Positions 59,138-64,000 of a stretch of 64,000 bases of DNA are shown here, in pieces. Every line of letters starts with the position of its first letter. Positions within the stretch are counted from its first letter, which is position 1. Position numbers and translations under genes: made by a program. The DNA lies in contig DATHVV010000063.1 of assembly GCA_035461105.1 (NCBI GenBank), positions 34,010-98,009 on the forward strand, written 5' to 3'. Origin of the DNA: Longimicrobiales bacterium (GTDB taxonomy: Bacteria > Gemmatimonadota > Gemmatimonadetes > Longimicrobiales > RSA9). The notes beneath the pieces are model-generated. The model saw only the letters and a list, made by a program, of their open reading frames with translations, was not told the origin of the DNA and ran no database searches.

Positions 59138-59863
59138 GTGAGGCGACGAGGTCGTATCGGTCTGCTGATCTGCCTGCTGCTGGCATGCGGTGGGCTGTGG
59201 GGGTGCCGGTCCGGGCCCGACGTCGAGCCGCTGCCGGAGCAGGCGCGCGAGGCGGTGGTGCTGGTGCACGGCATGGGGCGGACGCCGCTTTCGATGGCGG
59301 CGCTCGAGCACGACTTCGAGGCGGCCGGCTACCGGGTGCTCAACTGGGGCTACTCGAGCTGGTGCTGCACGGTGGCAGAGCTCGCCGGGCGGCTGCGGGC
59401 CGACCTGGACACGTGGCGTGGCGACGCGGACCGGATCCACTTCGTGGGCCACAGCCTGGGCAACATCATCGTGCGCCAGCTGCTCGCCGAAGACAACGAG
59501 CTCCCGGCCGGCCGGGTGGTCATGCTGGCGCCCCCGAACCAGGGCTCGGCGGACGCCGATCGCTACACGCGCTGGCTGGGCAACCTGCTCAAGCCTCTTC
59601 CCGAGCTGCGCACCGATTCGACGGGCAGCGTACGCCGGATTCCGCTGCGGTCCGATATCGAGGTCGGAATCATCGCCGGCGATCGTGACGGCAAGGTCAC
59701 GGTCGCGGAAACGCGCCTGGAGGGCGCCCGCGCGCACGTCGTCGTGCCTGCCGCGCACAGCTTCATCATGCTGAGACAGGACGTGCGCACGCTGGTGCTC
59801 GGCTTCGTGCGCGCGGGTCGGTTTGCGCCGGAGCCGCCGGGCGCCCGGAGGCGCGGCGACTGA
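59138..59863 (+). CDS. Alpha/beta-hydrolase fold esterase/lipase, lipoprotein
   Basis: GTG start. Lipobox (LLLACGG). Nucleophile elbow GHSLG. Length is 241 aa. Confidence 0.7.
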   Translation: MRRRGRIGLLICLLLACGGLWGCRSGPDVEPLPEQAREAVVLVHGMGRTPLSMAALEHDFEAAGYRVLNWGYSSWCCTVAELAGRLRADLDTWRGDADRIHFVGHSLGNIIVRQLLAEDNELPAGRVVMLAPPNQGSADADRYTRWLGNLLKPLPELRTDSTGSVRRIPLRSDIEVGIIAGDRDGKVTVAETRLEGARAHVVVPAAHSFIMLRQDVRTLVLGFVRAGRFAPEPPGARRRGD

Positions 59864-59872
59864 CGCTGCTCC

Positions 59873-61618
59873 TCAGTTTCGGCTCTTCTGCTTCCGGTCG
59901 TGCGCCAGGATGTTGTAGGCGAGCAGGCCGCCGCCGATGACGGCCGCGAGGAACAGGAGCACGGCGAGCGCGGGGTAGCCGAAGATGGTGGCGGCGGTTT
60001 CGATGCGCATGATCATGGCAGCGCCAACGATGAGCGCGGCCAGGATCAGGCCGAGCGTGATCCGGTTGGCGATCTTCTGGAGCCCGGTGATGAGCTCGGC
60101 CTCATCGAAGGCCTGGACGCGCAGCGAGAGATCATTGTCGGCGACGCGGTCAAGGACGCGGTTCAGGCGGCCGGGCAGCTTCTGCACGAACTCGTTCATG
60201 TCGAGCACGCCGGAGAGCAGCGCGGCCGGTGAGACCTGCTCCACCATGCGGCGCCGCATCACATCACTGACGTTGCGCTGGATCGCTTCGTTGACGTCGA
60301 AGCTGGCATCGAACATCAGCGACACCTGGTCGAGATTGAGCAGAGTCTTGCCGAGCAGGCCGAACGAGGCTGGCTGCTGCACGCCGAAGTTCGCGGAGAG
60401 CGCGGTCATCTCCAGCAGCACTCGCCCGATCTGTACTTCCTGCGCGGTCGCGTTCTGGTGCTGGCTGACCAGCTGGGTGATGGCCCGGGTATAGCCGCGC
60501 TCATCGAAGTCCTCGAGCCGATCACTCATGCCGAGCAGGATCTCGGCGGCCTCATCGCCGCGCCCCTCGCTCACCGCGAGCAGCAGCTTGATGAGCTGCT
60601 CGCGCATCCGCCCGGAAACGTAGCCGACCATGCCCAGGTCGATGAGCGCGATGCGGTTGTCGTCGGTGAGGAAGACGTTGCCGGGATGCGGATCGGCGTG
60701 GAACACGCCATCGACGAGGATCTGCTTGAAGTAGGCCTTGAGCAGCTGGTCGCCGAGCCGGGCGCCGTCCAGCTCCATGATGCGGAGCGGCGAGATGCTG
60801 GTGACCTTGCGTCCCGCCACGTATTCCATGGTGAGCACGCGCGAGGTCGTGTAATCCTCGATCGGCGCCGGTACCACGATGCACTCGAACTCGGCCAGGT
60901 TCTCGCGGAACACGCGCAGGTTCGCGGCTTCGCGCAGGTAATCGAGCTCGCGCAGCAGCGTGCGCCGGAAGTCCGCGACCAGCTCGCTCACCGGGTAACG
61001 GCGTCCGACCACGGTGTGCTCGTCGGCCAGCGCGGCCAGATCCGCGAGCGCCTCCAGGTCGCCCAGGATGCGGTCGCGGATGTCGGGGCGCTGCACCTTC
61101 ACTGCGACCGGCCGGCCATCCCGCAGCCGCGCCCGGTGCACCTGCCCGAGCGACGCGGCCGCGATCGGCTCGGGATCGATCTCCGAGAACAGCTTCGAGA
61201 TGCGCACCCCGAGCTCCTCCTCGATGATCCGCTCCGCTTCGGCGAACGGGAACGGCTCCACGTCGTCCTGCAGGCGGGCCAGCGCTTCCATGTACGCTGT
61301 CGGCAGCAGGTCGGCGCGGGTGGAGAGCAGCTGGCCGAGCTTGATGTAGGTCGGACCGAGCCGCTCGATGTCGGCCGCGAGCTGCCCCGCACGGGCGGCC
61401 GCCTCCGGGTCCGCGACCACCTCGCTCTCCTCGAACGAGGTATCGAGGTCCATGCTCCGAACCAGGTCGGAGCGTCCGTATTTGACGAGGACGCGCGCGA
61501 GCTCGCCGTAGCGAGCCAGGTGTTTGGGGCGGATCGGCACTCGGTTCACACTCGGTTCGGGAGCCCTGGCCGGCGGCGCGGTCGCCGCCCGGCAGAAGCG
61601 GAGCCGTGCAAAGCTCAA
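59873..61618 (-). CDS. ABC1/UbiB family atypical kinase
   Basis: ABC1 kinase motifs (ASLGQVHRA, HADPHPGN, DLG) and C-terminal TM helices. The exact start is uncertain, possibly GTG further downstream. Confidence 0.8.
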   Translation of the reverse strand: MSFARLRFCRAATAPPARAPEPSVNRVPIRPKHLARYGELARVLVKYGRSDLVRSMDLDTSFEESEVVADPEAAARAGQLAADIERLGPTYIKLGQLLSTRADLLPTAYMEALARLQDDVEPFPFAEAERIIEEELGVRISKLFSEIDPEPIAAASLGQVHRARLRDGRPVAVKVQRPDIRDRILGDLEALADLAALADEHTVVGRRYPVSELVADFRRTLLRELDYLREAANLRVFRENLAEFECIVVPAPIEDYTTSRVLTMEYVAGRKVTSISPLRIMELDGARLGDQLLKAYFKQILVDGVFHADPHPGNVFLTDDNRIALIDLGMVGYVSGRMREQLIKLLLAVSEGRGDEAAEILLGMSDRLEDFDERGYTRAITQLVSQHQNATAQEVQIGRVLLEMTALSANFGVQQPASFGLLGKTLLNLDQVSLMFDASFDVNEAIQRNVSDVMRRRMVEQVSPAALLSGVLDMNEFVQKLPGRLNRVLDRVADNDLSLRVQAFDEAELITGLQKIANRITLGLILAALIVGAAMIMRIETAATIFGYPALAVLLFLAAVIGGGLLAYNILAHDRKQKSRN

Positions 61619-61822
61619 GCCGCGCGGTGGCTGCGCAGGAAGTAGCCGCCATGCGCACGGAATGCGCGGTCGGGGCCGCCACCGCGTGCGCCGGGAGGCG
61701 CCGGTACGAGGCCGTTACTCGAAGTACCGCAAGGAGAAACGTCGACGAGCGAGGATCGGGGGGCGGCGGGCCGGCTTCATGCTCCGCAGGCAGGTGCCCA
61801 GTGCAGACCCGGGAGACTACCC

Positions 61823-62425
61823 ATGACACTGTCGCAGATCGAAGCCGGCGAGGGGCTGATCAACCTGGACGCGGTGCTCCCGGCCATGGAGCGCCGGGCC
61901 GAGCACAGCATGCTGCCGGACGAGCGGGCCCGCATCCTGAACCTGGCCGGCGACATGTGCTTCGATGCCGCCCAGCGCGAGCGGGCGCTGCATTACTACG
62001 ACCGGTCCATCGACACCTATCTCTCGGCCGGCCTCTACGCAGCGGGCGTCGCGGTCTGCCAGAAGGTGGTGCGGCTCACGCCGGAAGTGATTCGCGCGCG
62101 CTGCACGCTTGCCTGGATGGCGATCGCGCGCGGCATGCTGGAGGAAGCGCGGGAGCGGATCCGCGATTACGCGGAAGCCGCGCGCCGGCTCTCGGACGCG
62201 CGCATCGCCTGGGGCCACCTGCGCATGATGGCCGAGGTCTGCGAGAGCCACGAGGTGCTGGAGACGCTCGCGGAGGCGCTCATGCAGCTGGGCGACGTGC
62301 GCGGCGCGGACCGCGTCTACGGGGCGGCCCTGGGCGGCGAGCTGCGCCAGCGCCGGCTGCCGGATGAGCCGGGGGAGCGCTGGAAGGTCGTGATGGAGCG
62401 GATCATGACCCCGCGGGTGAACTAG
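61823..62425 (+). CDS. Hypothetical helical (TPR-like) protein
   Basis: 200-aa ORF, followed 36 nt later by a strong intrinsic terminator. Confidence 0.5.
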   Translation: MTLSQIEAGEGLINLDAVLPAMERRAEHSMLPDERARILNLAGDMCFDAAQRERALHYYDRSIDTYLSAGLYAAGVAVCQKVVRLTPEVIRARCTLAWMAIARGMLEEARERIRDYAEAARRLSDARIAWGHLRMMAEVCESHEVLETLAEALMQLGDVRGADRVYGAALGGELRQRRLPDEPGERWKVVMERIMTPRVN

Positions 62426-62461
62426 CCGCCGGCGGGCGCGCTCCTGGTCCTGCGCAGTCGA

Positions 62462-62493
62462 GCGGGGCGGCCATCCGGCCGCCCCTTTTTTTC
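62462..62493 (+). terminator. Rho-independent terminator
   Basis: GCGGGGCGGCC-atcc-GGCCGCCCC followed by TTTTTTTT. Confidence 0.8.
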
Positions 62494-62585
62494 GTGCGGC
62501 CGCGGTTTCGGGCGGGCAGGGTGTCGCGGCGCGAGCCTATCGCTCGTTATCCTTGGGAGTTGCCGCAACCCATGGAGGTTTTCAT

Positions 62586-63086
62586 ATGCGACGCCTGCCC
62601 GCCATCGCCGCGCTCCTGATCGTTGCCGGCTCCGGCTGCGGCTCTCCGACCGAGCCCCACCGGGCCGTCCTTTCCCTGCTCCGCCAGGCCGAGGCCATCT
62701 GGGCGGATTCCGCTCTTACGAGCTACAGCATCGTGCAGGAGCGGTTCTGTGAATGCCTACCGTCGGAGATCGGTCCGGTGCGCCTGACGGTGGCAGTGGG
62801 TGGCGGCGCGGTCAATGCCGAGACGATCGTTTCCGCAGTCTACGTGGAGGGTGGCGAGCCCGTGGCGGCGGGGCACAGCTTCCTGTCGGTGCGGCAGCTT
62901 TTCGAGTTGATCCGCGAGGCTGCGCGCACGAACGCGGACGTGATCGAGGTCGGCTTCAATGCCATTTACGGCTATCCTTCGGACGTGCTCATCGATTACG
63001 ACCGGGCGATCGCCGACGACGAGCGGGTCTACACGACATACGATCTCCAGAACCTGGCCGAGGCGGCGGCGGTGGGCGCGCCGTAG
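62586..63086 (+). CDS. Hypothetical lipoprotein
   Basis: Start MRRLPAIAALLIVAGSGC (lipobox). GGAGG SD 8 nt upstream. Length is 166 aa. Confidence 0.55.
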   Translation: MRRLPAIAALLIVAGSGCGSPTEPHRAVLSLLRQAEAIWADSALTSYSIVQERFCECLPSEIGPVRLTVAVGGGAVNAETIVSAVYVEGGEPVAAGHSFLSVRQLFELIREAARTNADVIEVGFNAIYGYPSDVLIDYDRAIADDERVYTTYDLQNLAEAAAVGAP

Positions 63087-63211
63087 CCGCCGGCGCCGCA
63101 GTCGGCGGATCAGGAGCGGCCGGGTCGGAAGCGACGCGGCCGCTTTCGCATGTGCAAGCGCGGCCTGCCTCGTCGTCCTTCCTCATGAGAGCCCCAGAAC
63201 CGGAGGTCGTC

Positions 63212-64000
63212 ATGAGGAGCAGGGCGGAGAGCGCACGGAGCGCGGCGTGGGTCGTCGCATTGCTGCTGTCGATGAGCGGCGGGCTGCACGCGCAGGGGTG
63301 GATCGAGCCGGGTCGCCCGGGCGCGTTCGCGGTCGTGAAGCTGCGCACGAACGTGCGGGTCACGGTGCACGAGAGGGTCGCGCAGGTGGAGGTGGAGGAG
63401 TGGTTCCGCAACGACGGCCCGCCGTTCGGCGAGGCGGACTACCTGTATCCGCTGCCGGCGGGCGCCAGCTTCACGAACTACTCGCTCTGGCAGGGCGACG
63501 AGGAGCTGCGCGGCGAGATGATGGACGCCGGCGAAGCCCGTCGCATCTACGAGGAGATCGTGCGCAGCAAGCGTGATCCGGCGCTCATCGAGCTGGTCGG
63601 TCACGGCCTCATGCGGGCGCGCGTGTTCCCGATCGGCACGGGCGAGACGCGGCGGATAGCGCTGCGTTACACGCAGGTGCTGCCGCGTGCGGGCAACGCC
63701 CTGGAGTTCCGCTACGCCGCGGGCAGCCGCGCGGGCGGCACGCTGGTCGCGCCGCCGGTACGGCCGCTGCCCATGCCCATGCCGCGTCCGATCGAGCCGG
63801 ATCAGCGCGTCGAACATCCGGAAACGGCGGGACGGCCGCACCCGGACGGCGCGCCGCTCACGTTCACGCTGACGGTCGCGGAGGGAGCGCGCTTCCGCGA
63901 TCCCTTCTCCCCGACCCACCGGGTACGGGTCGCGCGCGAGCGCGGCCGGCTCACGGTGGCGTCGGCAGAGCGTCTGGCCGGCGACTTCGCGCTGTACCTG
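63212..64000 (+). CDS. VIT (vault inter-alpha-trypsin) domain protein, 5' part only, continuing beyond the window
   Basis: Not in the supplied ORF track, because there is no stop inside the window. ATG at 63212 with GGAGG SD. Signal peptide (VVALLLSMSGGLHAQG). VIT-like motifs (EADYLYPLP, YSLW, ALIELVGHGLMRARVFPI). The frame is open to position 64000. Confidence 0.65.
   Translation, partial: MRSRAESARSAAWVVALLLSMSGGLHAQGWIEPGRPGAFAVVKLRTNVRVTVHERVAQVEVEEWFRNDGPPFGEADYLYPLPAGASFTNYSLWQGDEELRGEMMDAGEARRIYEEIVRSKRDPALIELVGHGLMRARVFPIGTGETRRIALRYTQVLPRAGNALEFRYAAGSRAGGTLVAPPVRPLPMPMPRPIEPDQRVEHPETAGRPHPDGAPLTFTLTVAEGARFRDPFSPTHRVRVARERGRLTVASAERLAGDFALYL

Noticed and set aside
59119-59150. G-rich string after the amylase gene as an independent element
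   Set aside because: It belongs to the same motif family as 32745, but here it mainly serves as the SD and 5' end of the downstream esterase gene (GTG start 59138). It was not called as a separate feature.
63110-63919. 269-aa minus ORF at the window end
   Set aside because: It is antisense to a + strand frame with SD, signal peptide and VIT-domain motifs. The minus translation is Arg-rich with no features.

Overview
This is a high-GC (about 70%) bacterial chromosomal segment with very dense coding on both strands. The six-frame track is full of long spurious alternate-frame ORFs, which is typical for this base composition. All calls below come from reading the translations and sequence and recognising domains from memory. 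No database search or alignment was run.

The gene content points to a Gemmatimonadota- or Acidobacteriota-like organism. The pointers are a duplicated FtsX/MacB-type permease, several peptidases (S46, M14, M28, S15), and a TonB-dependent receptor with a carboxypeptidase-regulatory-like N-terminus.

Supported content, in order along the window:
- a GT4 glycosyltransferase pair
- an S46 dipeptidyl-peptidase
- two tandem, translationally coupled Ku paralogs, preceded by a small double zinc-ribbon protein
- a glycogen/trehalose cluster (GH133-type debranching enzyme plus TreZ)
- a Gfo/Idh/MocA oxidoreductase, an Fpg/Nei glycosylase and SpeA
- M14 and M28 peptidases, CorA, a HAD hydrolase, ArfB, a CocE/NonD hydrolase, citrate synthase, LldD-like dehydrogenase and a MATE efflux pump
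- an NfeD–flotillin pair
- a complete DtxR-family-regulated metal uptake locus (DtxR/MntR-like repressor, two ABC-3 permeases, ATPase, binding protein, divergent TonB-dependent receptor)
- ADP-forming acetyl-CoA synthetase, a DUF2254 protein, HemE, PBP4 and an orphan binding protein
- a small stress cluster (SodA, hypothetical, two lipoproteins, IF-1, a cold-shock protein with an RGG-like tail)
- an FAD–Rieske oxidoreductase, ArgJ, a GNAT–HDAC fusion protein and a DEAD-box helicase
- a secreted GH13 amylase, an alpha/beta hydrolase, an ABC1 kinase and small hypotheticals
- a VIT-domain protein that runs off the 3' end of the window

No rRNA, tRNA, CRISPR array, transposase or integrase was seen.

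The points most worth a second look are:
- the Ku-Ku-zinc-ribbon operon, which has no ligase in view and whose downstream Ku carries a C-terminal SAP-like tail
- the GNAT–deacetylase fusion sitting among arginine/polyamine genes
- the 90–100-aa C-terminal cytoplasmic extensions on both ABC-3 permeases
- a recurring G-rich (GGGCGAGG)n intergenic repeat family that sits directly after stop codons, plus a separate hexamer-repeat hairpin
- a possible DtxR-type operator in the metal-locus divergent promoter
- direct-repeat and AT-rich palindrome motifs upstream of acs and the DEAD-box helicase
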